Source: Microgenomates group bacterium GW2011_GWC1_46_15 (lineage in GTDB: Bacteria; Patescibacteriota; Microgenomatia; UBA1400; UBA12028). Taken from it: a stretch of DNA of 64,000 bases. Numbering within the stretch: the first letter of the stretch is position 1; the number at the start of each line of letters is the position of its first letter. Positions 44,095 through 54,285 of this stretch are shown piece after piece. Below the pieces are notes generated by a model. It was given only the letters and a program-made list of their open reading frames with translations, searched no databases and had not been told where the DNA came from. The stretch lies in NCBI GenBank assembly GCA_001002285.1, contig LCLX01000002.1, positions 3,827 to 67,826 of the forward strand, given 5' to 3'. The position numbers and the translations under genes were made by a program.

Positions 44095-44448
44095 ATGCCA
44101 AGAACAAAAACTGGTGTTGTCCGCCGCAAAGGCCACAAAGCCGTCTTAGCCCGCACAAAGGGTTTCCGCATGACCAAAAACCGCCTGTACAAGGTGGCAA
44201 AGGAAGCGGATCTCCACGCGGGGCAGTACGCGTTTATCGGCCGCAAACGCCGCAAGCGCGACTTCCGCAGATTGTGGGTCACCCGCATCAGCGCGGCAGT
44301 GAAACTCGTTGATGAAAAACTCAACTACAGTCGGTTTATTAAGGCACTCAAGGACAAAAAGATTTTACTGGACCGCAAGGTTCTTTCTGATCTTGCCATC
44401 CGCGATGAGAATGTATTTAAAGAAGTTGTAAATAGCGCGATGAAGTAG
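44095..44448 (+). CDS. rplT: 50S ribosomal protein L20
   Basis: MPRTKTGVVRRKGHKAVLARTKGFR...RRLWVTRI typical L20. Confidence 0.9.
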   Translation: MPRTKTGVVRRKGHKAVLARTKGFRMTKNRLYKVAKEADLHAGQYAFIGRKRRKRDFRRLWVTRISAAVKLVDEKLNYSRFIKALKDKKILLDRKVLSDLAIRDENVFKEVVNSAMK

Positions 44449-44468
44449 AAAATTCTGTCCCCCGATAT

Positions 44469-44822
44469 ATGGAAAAACAAAAAAAAGCATCTAGAGATCG
44501 TGAGCGGCATTTTAGGAAAGAAAAATGTAAAGAGAAAATACCCGCTGATGATCGAGAAGAAGTTCTCACCATTGCACTTGTTAAGTATGATGAAACATAT
44601 GCACCTATTGCATTAGGCCAAGAAAAGCTGTTCTCTGACAAACGTGAAGACACCCCAAGAAAAAAAAGGATGGAGTTATATCTTCGGGGTCAAAAAGTGG
44701 AGTTACTGGAACAAGAATTTTATGCACTTCGATTTGCTATTGGGCAGTATCGAGCAAAAAAACATTCTCGATATGTTCCACCAAACCCACCAACAACACT
44801 CGATGGCTTACCACATAGATAA
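44469..44822 (+). CDS. hypothetical basic protein inserted between rplT and pheS
   Basis: 117 aa, Lys/Arg/Glu-rich; no motif. Confidence 0.35.
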   Translation: MEKQKKASRDRERHFRKEKCKEKIPADDREEVLTIALVKYDETYAPIALGQEKLFSDKREDTPRKKRMELYLRGQKVELLEQEFYALRFAIGQYRAKKHSRYVPPNPPTTLDGLPHR

Positions 44823-44870
44823 GTATAGATAACTCCAGCACCCCCCGTTTTTTTCTGCTAAAATAATTGC

Positions 44871-45917
44871 ATGGCAGGAACACTTGATCAACTCCAAGAA
44901 AAAATTGCATCAGCAAAAAACGCTCTTCAAAAAAGTGCCTCCAATGTTGCGGAACTTGAAAAACAGTTTTTAGCCAAACACGGCACTGTGAACACGCTTA
45001 TGGCAGAGTTAAAAACGCTCGCTCCCGAACTGCGCAAAGAAGCGGGCCAACTTTTGAACGCATTCCGCCAGGAAGTCGAACACGTTGTTGCCGGAGCAAA
45101 AACGAGTCCTGCACGAGCTGGCTGGACCGACTTCACGATGCCGGGCATCAAGCCAAACACTGACCATGTGCATCCTGTTTCGCAGGCAATGGACGAAATT
45201 ACCCGTATTTTTGAGCGCATCGGCTTTATCCGCGTGCGCTATCCCGAGGTTGACTGGGAGTGGTACCCGTTTGACTCGCTCAACATGCCCAAAGACCACC
45301 CCGCCCGCGATGAGTGGGAAACATTCGTGATTGATGATCCATTTCGTCATTTCAAGCTTGGCAAAATGGTGCTGACACCACATACATCTAATGGGCAGGT
45401 CCGCGAGATGGAGCGGCTTAAAAGTACGCCGCCAATCCGCATGATTAACATTGCGCGGTGCTACCGCCGGCAGGCCGATGTTACACACACCGAGATGTTC
45501 CACCAATTTGAGGGGCTTGTAGTAGATAAAGGGATCACGATTCAGCATTTGAAGGGCACAATTGACCACTTTGCCCGCGAGTTTTACGGTCCAAAAGCCA
45601 AGTCACGCATCCGCCCGTTTCACTTTATGTTTACTGAACCTTCGTTTGAAGTAGATTTTTCATGCACAATTTGCGACGGAACCGGTCGCGTAAATGGCGA
45701 AAAGTGCCGATTCTGCAAGTCCGGCTGGCACGAAGTAGGCGGAGCGGGCATGGTCCACCCCAATGTACTGAAAGCGGGCAATATTGACCCCGAGAAATAC
45801 ACGGGTTTTGCGTTTGGCTGGGGCATTGAGCGCACATACACCCTGCGCAAAGGATTGAAACTCGATGATATCCGATTATTGTATAGCGGAGATATGCGGT
45901 TTTTGGAGCAGTTTTAG
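44871..45917 (+). CDS. pheS: phenylalanyl-tRNA synthetase alpha subunit
   Basis: Class II core with HPARD-like motif (MPKDHPARDEWETF), motif 3 (GFAFGWGIER); contains a CxxC...CxxC insertion. Confidence 0.9.
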   Translation: MAGTLDQLQEKIASAKNALQKSASNVAELEKQFLAKHGTVNTLMAELKTLAPELRKEAGQLLNAFRQEVEHVVAGAKTSPARAGWTDFTMPGIKPNTDHVHPVSQAMDEITRIFERIGFIRVRYPEVDWEWYPFDSLNMPKDHPARDEWETFVIDDPFRHFKLGKMVLTPHTSNGQVREMERLKSTPPIRMINIARCYRRQADVTHTEMFHQFEGLVVDKGITIQHLKGTIDHFAREFYGPKAKSRIRPFHFMFTEPSFEVDFSCTICDGTGRVNGEKCRFCKSGWHEVGGAGMVHPNVLKAGNIDPEKYTGFAFGWGIERTYTLRKGLKLDDIRLLYSGDMRFLEQF

Positions 45918-45955
45918 AAAGCACGTTTTAGGAGGCGCGCTTCGCGCGCAATACT

Positions 45956-47923
45956 ATGAACATTAAAGTACCATACACTTGGCTGAAAAATCACCTGAGT
46001 ACCGCTGTAAAAGCGGAGGAGTTCCAACGGCTTGTTTCGCTCTCCGGCCCTTCGGTGGAGCGGATTGAAACCGTCCGCAATGAACCCGTTTTGGATATTG
46101 AAGTAACAACCAACCGCATGGATACCGCATCGATCCGTGGAATTGCGCGCGAGGGAGCGGTGATTTTGAACCACGCGGGCAAGCGTTCCAGGCTTGTTGA
46201 CGTTCCAAAGTATGTGCCAAAAACAAATGAGATTGTGCGGAATGGCAAAGATTTTCCCATCCGCATCTCAGTTGATCACAAATTGTGTCCGCGTGTAACG
46301 GCGGTCATCATGTCCGTGAAAACAAATCATTCTCCGTCATGGTTGAGTACAAAACTTGAACAAGTGGATATTCGGTCACTCAATAATCTCATTGATATCA
46401 CAAACTATGTGATGATGGAAATCGGCCAGCCAACGCACGTGTTTGATGCCGACCGGCTTGGCTCGGTGCTCAATATCCGGGCTTCTAAAAAGGGCGAAAA
46501 GCTCACTACACTTGACGGAAAAACGCGCGTGTTGGCCGGCGGTGATATTGTCGCGGACAACGGCAAGGGAGAACTTGTTGATCTCATCGCGATTATGGGC
46601 ACCGCTAACAGCGTGGTAACAGAAAACACCAAGCGCATTTTGTTTTTCATTGAACACGCTGATCCCACCCGCATCCGCAAGACCTCAATGGGGCTGGCAA
46701 TCCGCACACAAGCAGCGCAGTTAAACGAAAAACAGCTCGATCCCAATCTTGTGATGGACGCGATGCTCCGCGGGATTCACCTATTCCAAGAAATCGCGGA
46801 TGGGGAACTGGAGTCGCCGATTCTTGACCTGTATCCGCATCCAGTGGAGAACACGACGATTACGCTCCCGCTTGCAAAAGTCCGCACATACCTTGGCATC
46901 GAGATTCCGGAAAAAACACAAGTTTCGATCTTGGAACAGCTTGGCTGCTCTGTCCGCGTAGAAGAAGGCATGCTCATCGTTACTATTCCAACGCTCCGGC
47001 CAGACTTAACAATCCCTGTTGATTTAATCGAGGAAATCGCGCGTATGTACGGCTACCACAACCTGCCAAGCGTGCTGATGGATACGCCAATTCCCACGCA
47101 GTATCCTGAGGAAACAAACTTTGCCAAAGAGCACGAGATGAAGTTGTTCTTAGCCGCACTTGGCTGGCAGGAGATCTATACGTACTCTACCGTTAGCGCA
47201 GAACTTGCCGCACAGTCCGGATACGTCGTGAAAGACCATGTGAAAATTCAAAATCCGCTGAACGACGACCACGTATACTTGCGCCGTTCGCTTATTCCGT
47301 CGCACGAAGAGATTATTCACCAAAACCGGCACCTCCCAAGCATGTCCGTGTTCGAACTTGCTAATACATACACTCCGCGGTGGCACAACATTCCGGAAGA
47401 AAAATTGCATCTTACACTTACGTCAACACAACCATTCCTTACAGTCAAAGGATATGCTGAGGCGGTGCTTGCAAAACTATATATTTTGCCCGAAAGCGTA
47501 ACGTATGTCCGAACATCTGATGCCTCCGCAAAAATTTTAATTGACAGACACGACGCAGGAATGATAAGTTTGCTTCCATCTGGCCATACCGCAGTAGATT
47601 TTATTTGGCCAGTATTGCTTGCGGCCGCGCGACGCAATCCTCAGTACGCACCCATTTCACAGTTCACCCCAATCATTGAGGATATGACACTTACATTACC
47701 AGAAAAAACAGAAGTTGCGCGTGTGCTTCAATCAATAAAAGTAGCTGAAAAGGCACTTTTATCAATTGAAGTGAAAGGTGTGTATAAACAGAATGTAACA
47801 TTTACGTTAAAATACGGTTTTCCAGACAAACAAATCACTTCTGAAGACGTTGCGCCCATGCGGAAAAGAATCGCGGAAACTGTTCAAAAACATCATCACG
47901 CCCAGTTTGTTGGGGCAGTATAG
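45956..47923 (+). CDS. pheT: phenylalanyl-tRNA synthetase beta subunit (short form)
   Basis: B3/B4 and B5 domains, C-terminal FDX-ACB-like domain; 655 aa; follows pheS. Confidence 0.85.
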   Translation: MNIKVPYTWLKNHLSTAVKAEEFQRLVSLSGPSVERIETVRNEPVLDIEVTTNRMDTASIRGIAREGAVILNHAGKRSRLVDVPKYVPKTNEIVRNGKDFPIRISVDHKLCPRVTAVIMSVKTNHSPSWLSTKLEQVDIRSLNNLIDITNYVMMEIGQPTHVFDADRLGSVLNIRASKKGEKLTTLDGKTRVLAGGDIVADNGKGELVDLIAIMGTANSVVTENTKRILFFIEHADPTRIRKTSMGLAIRTQAAQLNEKQLDPNLVMDAMLRGIHLFQEIADGELESPILDLYPHPVENTTITLPLAKVRTYLGIEIPEKTQVSILEQLGCSVRVEEGMLIVTIPTLRPDLTIPVDLIEEIARMYGYHNLPSVLMDTPIPTQYPEETNFAKEHEMKLFLAALGWQEIYTYSTVSAELAAQSGYVVKDHVKIQNPLNDDHVYLRRSLIPSHEEIIHQNRHLPSMSVFELANTYTPRWHNIPEEKLHLTLTSTQPFLTVKGYAEAVLAKLYILPESVTYVRTSDASAKILIDRHDAGMISLLPSGHTAVDFIWPVLLAAARRNPQYAPISQFTPIIEDMTLTLPEKTEVARVLQSIKVAEKALLSIEVKGVYKQNVTFTLKYGFPDKQITSEDVAPMRKRIAETVQKHHHAQFVGAV

Positions 47924-47931
47924 TATTCACT

Positions 47932-48420
47932 ATGCAGATCATACTTGGCATCGATCCCGGATACGACAGAATGGGATGGTGTGTGCTTCATAAAGACGGT
48001 AGCGTTCACCATATTTTGGCAAGTGGGTATGTGGAAACAAAAAAAACAGAGGATATGCACGTACGCTATGCCCAAATACAAGCTGGACTCGAAACAATTA
48101 TTACTGAGTACCATCCAACCGTATGCGCACTTGAAAATCTTTTCTTTGCAAAAAATGTTAAAACCGCGATGCGGGTAAGTGAGGCGCGCGGCATCATCAT
48201 GGGCGTGGTCATTCAACATACCATACCTGTAGTTGAGTACACGCCGAACCAAATCAAGTCGGCGCTCACTGGAAACGGCCACGCAACAAAAGCCGATATT
48301 GCGCGTATGATGAAGCTGTTGACAAAACGCAAAGAACTCCCGAAACTAGATGATGAGGTGGACGCGATCGCGGTCGCGCTCTGCCACAGCTACTCGGGAC
48401 GGATGAAAGGCATTGTATGA
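47932..48420 (+). CDS. ruvC: Holliday junction resolvase RuvC
   Basis: ILGIDPGYDRMGW catalytic Asp motif, 162 aa. Confidence 0.9.
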   Translation: MQIILGIDPGYDRMGWCVLHKDGSVHHILASGYVETKKTEDMHVRYAQIQAGLETIITEYHPTVCALENLFFAKNVKTAMRVSEARGIIMGVVIQHTIPVVEYTPNQIKSALTGNGHATKADIARMMKLLTKRKELPKLDDEVDAIAVALCHSYSGRMKGIV

Positions 48421-48986
48421 TCGCGCTTCTCACAGGAAAACCGCTTTGCACCGGGCAGGAATGCATTATGATGTGCGGTGGGGTGGGGTATGGCGTTCAC
48501 GTTGCGCCACATACGATTGACGCTCTTGTGGGCAAATCTGAGGCTACACTCCATATTCATACCCATGTACGCGAGGACGCGCTTCAGTTATTTGGCTTTC
48601 TCACCAGAGAAGAAAAGTACATGTTTGAGCTATTGTTGAGTGTTTCCGGGGTAGGACCAAAGACCGCTTTAGCCATTACAAACGGCTCTTCTGCAGATAT
48701 TGTTGATGCGATTCAAACAAATAACGTGTCATTTTTCACATCGTTTTCACGAGTGGGTAAGAAAGTTGCGCAAAAGATTATTATTGAACTCAAATCAAAA
48801 CTCGGCGGCATTGAGGATCTTGCATTGGGCGACGAAACACCGCACGTTTCGGACATCCGCGCCGCGCTCGAATCACTTGGATACTCAAAAATGGAAGTTT
48901 CGAAAGCACTACGGGCGATAAAACCAGAGGAAGTTTCTATTCAACAGGCTATTAAACAATCTGTACACATTTTGTCTGGTACATAA
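48417..48986 (+). CDS. ruvA: Holliday junction branch-migration protein RuvA
   Basis: OB domain, HhH pairs (LLSVSGVGPKTALAI), C-terminal domain III; overlaps ruvC stop. Confidence 0.85.
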   Translation: MIALLTGKPLCTGQECIMMCGGVGYGVHVAPHTIDALVGKSEATLHIHTHVREDALQLFGFLTREEKYMFELLLSVSGVGPKTALAITNGSSADIVDAIQTNNVSFFTSFSRVGKKVAQKIIIELKSKLGGIEDLALGDETPHVSDIRAALESLGYSKMEVSKALRAIKPEEVSIQQAIKQSVHILSGT

Positions 48987-48995
48987 AGTGTTCGC

Positions 48996-50030
48996 GTGAA
49001 AGCATCTATGAAAAGAAATATGAAAAAAATAATATCTGCAAAAGAAAACATCTCCGCTTCGACGCTTTCTTCCGCATCGCCAGAGGAAGAACTGCTGTTT
49101 ACATCGCTGCGCGCCTCAAGATGGGAAGATTTTTACGGGCAGGACCATATTAAAGAATCACTCCGCATCGCAATTGATGCCGCAAAAAAACGCAAAGAGG
49201 CAATGGATCACACGTTGTTGTACGGCCCGCCAGGCCTGGGGAAAACGACACTTTCGCACTTGATCGCCAAAGAAATGGGAAGCAACATCCGCATGACTTC
49301 CGGCACCGCGCTCTCAAAAGTGGGGGATTTAGCAGCCATTTTAACCAACCTTGAACCATTCGATGTCTTATTTATTGACGAAATTCACCGCCTGCCAAAG
49401 GCGATCGAAGAAACGCTCTACCCCGCGATGGAAGACTACGCGCTGGACATTGTGATCGGCAAAGGACCATCCGCACACACCATCCGCCTCGATCTGCCAA
49501 AGTTCACGCTTGTGGGGGCGACAACACGCCTTGGACTGCTTACCGGCCCATTCCGCGACCGGTTTGGTGTGGTACACCGCTTGGATTACTATCTTCCTCA
49601 CCGCCTCGCGCAAATTATCACAAAAGCGGCAAAAAAACTTGGCGTTCCCATTGATACCGACAGCGCCGAGTCCATTTCCAAACGCTCGCGCGGTACGCCG
49701 CGCATCGGATTGAAACTGCTCAAACGCATCCGCGACTACGCACAGGTCAAAGGCAACGGAAAAATCACCAAAGAAATGGTCGAGAAAGCGCTCGATTTAT
49801 TGAAAGTTGACACCATGGGGCTTGATGATAACGACCGCCGTCTCCTTGTGATGATGATCGAGAAACATGGCGGAGGACCCGTTGGCATTTCCACACTCGC
49901 CACGTCGCTGAATGAAGACCCCGGAACGATTGAAGAAGTGATCGAGCCATACCTCATTCAAATTGGTTTTATGAAACGCACCCCGCAGGGGAGAGTTGTA
50001 ACAGACGCGGCAAAGAAGCATTTGAAGTAA
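48996..50030 (+). CDS. ruvB: Holliday junction ATP-dependent helicase RuvB
   Basis: AAA+ Walker [10 protein letters not shown], Walker B LFIDEIHR, sensor and winged-helix C-domain. Confidence 0.9.
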   Translation: MKASMKRNMKKIISAKENISASTLSSASPEEELLFTSLRASRWEDFYGQDHIKESLRIAIDAAKKRKEAMDHTLLYGPPGLGKTTLSHLIAKEMGSNIRMTSGTALSKVGDLAAILTNLEPFDVLFIDEIHRLPKAIEETLYPAMEDYALDIVIGKGPSAHTIRLDLPKFTLVGATTRLGLLTGPFRDRFGVVHRLDYYLPHRLAQIITKAAKKLGVPIDTDSAESISKRSRGTPRIGLKLLKRIRDYAQVKGNGKITKEMVEKALDLLKVDTMGLDDNDRRLLVMMIEKHGGGPVGISTLATSLNEDPGTIEEVIEPYLIQIGFMKRTPQGRVVTDAAKKHLK

Positions 50031-50079
50031 TTTGGCACAATGTTGCGAAATGTGGAAAAATATGGCAAGATGTGCGTAA

Positions 50080-51066
50080 ATGTTACGTTATCCACACACT
50101 CCTTCACCAAATCTTTATCAAGACATGCTCCAAACGATTCGTATACGCGCGGGAGTACTTCTTCAACTTCCTTCGCAAGAACATATCCGCACACATATCC
50201 TGAGTAGAAACATCATGAAAAGTTCCCTTTTTTCAGCAAGAATCGAGGGGAACACACTTACTTTGGAAACATTTAATCACTCTACTCCAACACTGTCACA
50301 AAAAAAACAAGAGGTTGTAAATATTTTAGATTGCCTCCAATCACTTTCCTTACTTCCATCCAAACTCACTCCCAAAGATATACTTACTCTTCATCGAAAA
50401 GTCATCCATAATCTCCCGGGGAAAACCGGATTTCGGACAGAAACAACAGCAGTCTTTGACCAATATGGCCAGGCGCGATACATTACTCCTCCACCCGCTG
50501 ATATGCGTACGATGCTGCGTATCTTTCTTAAACAAATCAATGAAAAACGCGATCTTGAGTCTGCACTTATCCATGCATTGTGCTCGCATTATTATTTCGA
50601 AAAAATTCACCCCTTTGTTGATGGAAACGGAAGAACAGGGCGCGTTCTTCTTCAATATCTCCTCTATAAACTTCATCTTTTCGGCGACCACGTACTCCCC
50701 ATCGAAGAATATCTTGAACATCATCGGCATACATATTATGCATTTCTTGAGAAAAATACTCGGGAAGTTTCAGAATTTGTTCGATTTATGCTTGATGGTT
50801 TACTATGGGCAATCAACACGACAATTGATGAGCTTGCACAAAGTGTGAATGTTCCACAACTGCCCCCCACTTCTTTACTTTCTCCTAGAAGGCAAGAGGT
50901 GCTTGCGATCATTAAAGATCATTCATTTATCTCGTTTGATACAATCGCCAGAAGGTTTCCTTCCATTCCCAAAAGAACTCTTTTCCATGATGTTGTTTAC
51001 CTCATACGCTGTGGAGTTGTGCAAAAATATGGTGTGACCCGGGGAGCGAGTTATTCTGCTGTATAA
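50080..51066 (+). CDS. Fic family protein (AMPylase) with N-terminal inhibitory motif and C-terminal wHTH
   Basis: Active site HPFVDGNGRTGR. Upstream SARIEGN matches the (S/T)xxxE(G/N) auto-inhibitory motif of class II Fic proteins. Confidence 0.8.
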   Translation: MLRYPHTPSPNLYQDMLQTIRIRAGVLLQLPSQEHIRTHILSRNIMKSSLFSARIEGNTLTLETFNHSTPTLSQKKQEVVNILDCLQSLSLLPSKLTPKDILTLHRKVIHNLPGKTGFRTETTAVFDQYGQARYITPPPADMRTMLRIFLKQINEKRDLESALIHALCSHYYFEKIHPFVDGNGRTGRVLLQYLLYKLHLFGDHVLPIEEYLEHHRHTYYAFLEKNTREVSEFVRFMLDGLLWAINTTIDELAQSVNVPQLPPTSLLSPRRQEVLAIIKDHSFISFDTIARRFPSIPKRTLFHDVVYLIRCGVVQKYGVTRGASYSAV

Positions 51067-51132
51067 AAAAGTGGAATTTCATTGACATATTCGCTTTTCT
51101 TGATACAATTCTCTTAAAATTATTGGAGGAAG

Positions 51133-51501
51133 ATGACAGTAGAAGACGCCGAAAGATTTGCGTTAGAACAAGCGGCAATTGAGAGTGAGGAGAAACGCAG
51201 AGATGCCGATCTTTTCCTTCTCTTGCTACGAGGAGCCGAGCGTGTAAAATCACTTTCTCTCACTCCCAGAGTATTTGAACAATATCTTAAAAAACTTTTG
51301 CGTAATACTGATCCAAAAAAGGGTTCTCAATGGGGTATTACGTCATACGAAGAGCTGCCAATACCACATACTCAAGATCTTAAAAAAGAATATGCAATAT
51401 TTTTCGAATTAAGTGATAGACCGTATATGGTGTGGGTTCAAAGAGATCTTTATAAACGCAACCGTAAAATTATCTACTATCCTGATATAAAACCTTCTTA
51501 A
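51133..51501 (+). CDS. hypothetical protein
   Basis: 122 aa; GGAGG RBS; no motif. Confidence 0.35.
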   Translation: MTVEDAERFALEQAAIESEEKRRDADLFLLLLRGAERVKSLSLTPRVFEQYLKKLLRNTDPKKGSQWGITSYEELPIPHTQDLKKEYAIFFELSDRPYMVWVQRDLYKRNRKIIYYPDIKPS

Positions 51502-51541
51502 ATAGCAAAGCCTTGCTTGACATTGCACAATGTCGTATTTC

Positions 51542-54277
51542 CTACGTTGGGTTTGGCGTGGGTGTTGGACTCGGCGTAGGAGTTGGACTGGGCGTCGGCG
51601 CTGGAGCTTCCCAGTGTGTTCCGCCGGTTCCAATGCGTACATCGCCGGTTTGGCCGGTTTTTCCATCTTTACGCACGCTCTTGGCATACAGCGTGTACCG
51701 CCCCGCGGGCAATGATATTGTTGTGGTATATGGCTTGCCGGTCAGTGTTTCGCGCCTGTCTCCGTTCACCCAAATTTCCACGTGATCAATGTCGCCGTCA
51801 GATACTGTTTCTACCTCAACCGAAACAGAAGTTCCTGGAATATCGGTGTGATCCTGCGGATTCTTCATATTGATCCATACCTCATCTTTCGAGCTGCACA
51901 GCTGCGTTGGCGGACGGTACTTCCCCTGTTGATCGGCGGCGAGTGAGCCGATCCACGTATCAATACCATCCTGCCACCGGTTTTTGCCATCGCGGCTCAC
52001 AGGATCGGTTTCTTTCAACACAACAAACTCTTTTTCATCATAGTTATTGCGTTGAATATCAACATCGGTTGCCAAGTTTCCTTCACCTTTGCACGTTTTG
52101 ATTTTTGCGTGAATGGGATCGGGCAAAGAGGGAAGCGTTGCGGGCAGAACATAGTCCGCAACCTCCGGGTATCCATCGTGCGCCGGATACCCAGAAATGG
52201 CATCAACCCGCACAGCTTCTACACCAGGAGGAACGGCCCAATCGTCCACTTTGCGCCCCTCCGCGATTGCTTCATTCATGATTTTGCGCCAAATCGGCGA
52301 GGCGCCTGTTACACCCGAAGCGACGTTGGTCATTTCCGTGTTGTCGTTGTTGCCCACCCATACGCCAACCATCGTTGACCGGCTCCATCCAATCGTCCAG
52401 TTATCTTTTCTGTTGTTTGTGGTACCAGTTTTGACTGCAACCGCCCTCTCGCTAAAGTTCAAGAGCGAGTTGGGTCCGAACGTGAGTTGGCGCGCCGAGT
52501 TATCCGACAAAATATGGTTGATTAAAAACGCTTCTTCTGGTGTCATCACTTGTTTCCCCTTTACTGATTTTTGCTCGAACAGTTTTTTTCCGTTGCGGTC
52601 CTCAACTTTTAAAAGAGAAATGGGCTGGACGCGTGTGCCGCCATTGGCAAATGCGCTGTACGCGGTTACTGTATCAATCAAATGAATCTCGCCGCCACCC
52701 AGCGTGACGGACAACCCAAATCGCCGCTGGTTTTCCACCGTTGGCGCGAGCGTTGCAAATCCCATGTCGTTGGCAGTCGTCAACATCGTGTTCACTCCAA
52801 CCAATGCGAGCATCTTGACCGCGGGAAGGTTCAATGAGCTTGCCAGCGCCGTGCGCAAGGATACTGGCCCGTGAAACTTACCATCGTAGTTTTGCGGTTC
52901 GTAATCTTTTAGATTTTCACCGCCGGGGAATGTTGTTGGCGCGTCCATAATCATCGAGGCTGGCGTGTATCCTTTGCGCAAAGCGGTTAAGTAGGTAACC
53001 GGTTTAATCGAAGACCCGGGCTGGCGTAAACCATCCACCGCAACGTTGAACTGCCCATCATAGTCTTTCGCAAAAAAGTCTTTGCTCCCCACCATCGCTA
53101 AAATCTCACCCGTGTTTGGATCCATCACCACCGCCGAACCGTTCGTAATGTGAAACTTTTCAACCTTATCAATTTCATCCTTCACAATCTGCTGCGCTTT
53201 TTCCTGGAACGGCAGGTCCAGCGTTGTCGTCACCTTCAAACCGCCTTGATCAACAACATCCGGTCCATACATATCTTCCAATAGCGACTTGACGTAAAAC
53301 ACAAAATGCGGCGCCTTAATCAACGAGGTTTGCTTTTGGAACTGGATGTACGGCAACTGCGCAACCGCCTCTTTTTCCAGGCCTGTGGTGATGTATCCAT
53401 CTTCACGCATACGCCGTAATACACCTTTTGCGCGGACCCGCCAAAGCGGGGTGCCGTCGGTGTCATTTTTTCCGATAAACGGAGAGTACGAACTTGGCCG
53501 TTGGGGCAATCCTGCTAAAATCGCGGACTCCACCAGCGTTAAATCTTTCACGGGTTTGCTGAAGTATACTTCGGACGCCGCGCCGACTCCCGCCGCGGTA
53601 CCGCCATACGGTGCTTCGTTCAAGTACATCAGCAAAATCTGGTCTTTGCTAAACCGCTTCTCAATCGCAAGCGACAACACAAATTCTTTAAACTTTCGTG
53701 TAATCGTGCGCTCGGAACTCAATAATACGGTTTTGACTAACTGTTGCGTAAGCGTAGAGCCGCCGACAACGCGCTGCTTCACAATAATGTTCCAGACAAT
53801 ACGGAGTGGCGTGAGTGGATCAACGCCGGCGTGTTTGTAAAAATCCTTGTCTTCAATTGCCACGGTTGCTTCACGCAAATATGGTGGAATCTGGTCAAAT
53901 GTTACAGGAATGCGGCGTTCGTTGGAGTATAGGTCATACAACAGATTGCTATTGCGGTCATATATGCGGGTGCTAAAGCCTTTTTGCCGCACTACGCTAT
54001 CTGGAGTGGGAAGCGTGCGCGCGTACCAGGCAAACGCAACGAAAAAAATAAGAATACCGCCTACGGTGAGGCCAAAGAGCGAAAGCGCAAGAATGCGGAA
54101 AAATTTTGCTTTGTTCCAGCCGCGTTTTCCCCACTTGCCAAAAATCCCAGCCCCACCAAAAGAACGGCTAAAAAGTGATGGACCACCAAAATGTAAACGG
54201 GAACTGCGGCGCCTTTGCCAAAGTGAGTGCCAGGGATTCATGGAAATAGTATATCCGTATAGTGTAGAATCAGACAA
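51542..54277 (-). CDS. bifunctional penicillin-binding protein 1A (GT51 transglycosylase + transpeptidase) with C-terminal extension and Pro-Thr-rich tail
   Basis: GT51 motif IEDKDFYKHAGVD, transpeptidase SxxK/SxN-type motifs, N-terminal TM anchor; terminal PTPSPTPTPSPTPTPNPT. Confidence 0.85.
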   Translation of the reverse strand: MSDSTLYGYTISMNPWHSLWQRRRSSRLHFGGPSLFSRSFGGAGIFGKWGKRGWNKAKFFRILALSLFGLTVGGILIFFVAFAWYARTLPTPDSVVRQKGFSTRIYDRNSNLLYDLYSNERRIPVTFDQIPPYLREATVAIEDKDFYKHAGVDPLTPLRIVWNIIVKQRVVGGSTLTQQLVKTVLLSSERTITRKFKEFVLSLAIEKRFSKDQILLMYLNEAPYGGTAAGVGAASEVYFSKPVKDLTLVESAILAGLPQRPSSYSPFIGKNDTDGTPLWRVRAKGVLRRMREDGYITTGLEKEAVAQLPYIQFQKQTSLIKAPHFVFYVKSLLEDMYGPDVVDQGGLKVTTTLDLPFQEKAQQIVKDEIDKVEKFHITNGSAVVMDPNTGEILAMVGSKDFFAKDYDGQFNVAVDGLRQPGSSIKPVTYLTALRKGYTPASMIMDAPTTFPGGENLKDYEPQNYDGKFHGPVSLRTALASSLNLPAVKMLALVGVNTMLTTANDMGFATLAPTVENQRRFGLSVTLGGGEIHLIDTVTAYSAFANGGTRVQPISLLKVEDRNGKKLFEQKSVKGKQVMTPEEAFLINHILSDNSARQLTFGPNSLLNFSERAVAVKTGTTNNRKDNWTIGWSRSTMVGVWVGNNDNTEMTNVASGVTGASPIWRKIMNEAIAEGRKVDDWAVPPGVEAVRVDAISGYPAHDGYPEVADYVLPATLPSLPDPIHAKIKTCKGEGNLATDVDIQRNNYDEKEFVVLKETDPVSRDGKNRWQDGIDTWIGSLAADQQGKYRPPTQLCSSKDEVWINMKNPQDHTDIPGTSVSVEVETVSDGDIDHVEIWVNGDRRETLTGKPYTTTISLPAGRYTLYAKSVRKDGKTGQTGDVRIGTGGTHWEAPAPTPSPTPTPSPTPTPNPT

Positions 54278-54285
54278 GAGGAGCT

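Noticed and set aside
51545-51640. Tandem DNA repeats (GGCGTGGGTGTTGGACTCGGCGTAGGAGTTGGACTGGGCGTCGGC) considered as a possible CRISPR-like or VNTR array
   Set aside because: They lie inside the PBP1A reading frame and encode its Pro-Thr linker. No spacer-repeat architecture, and no CRISPR array was found anywhere in the window.
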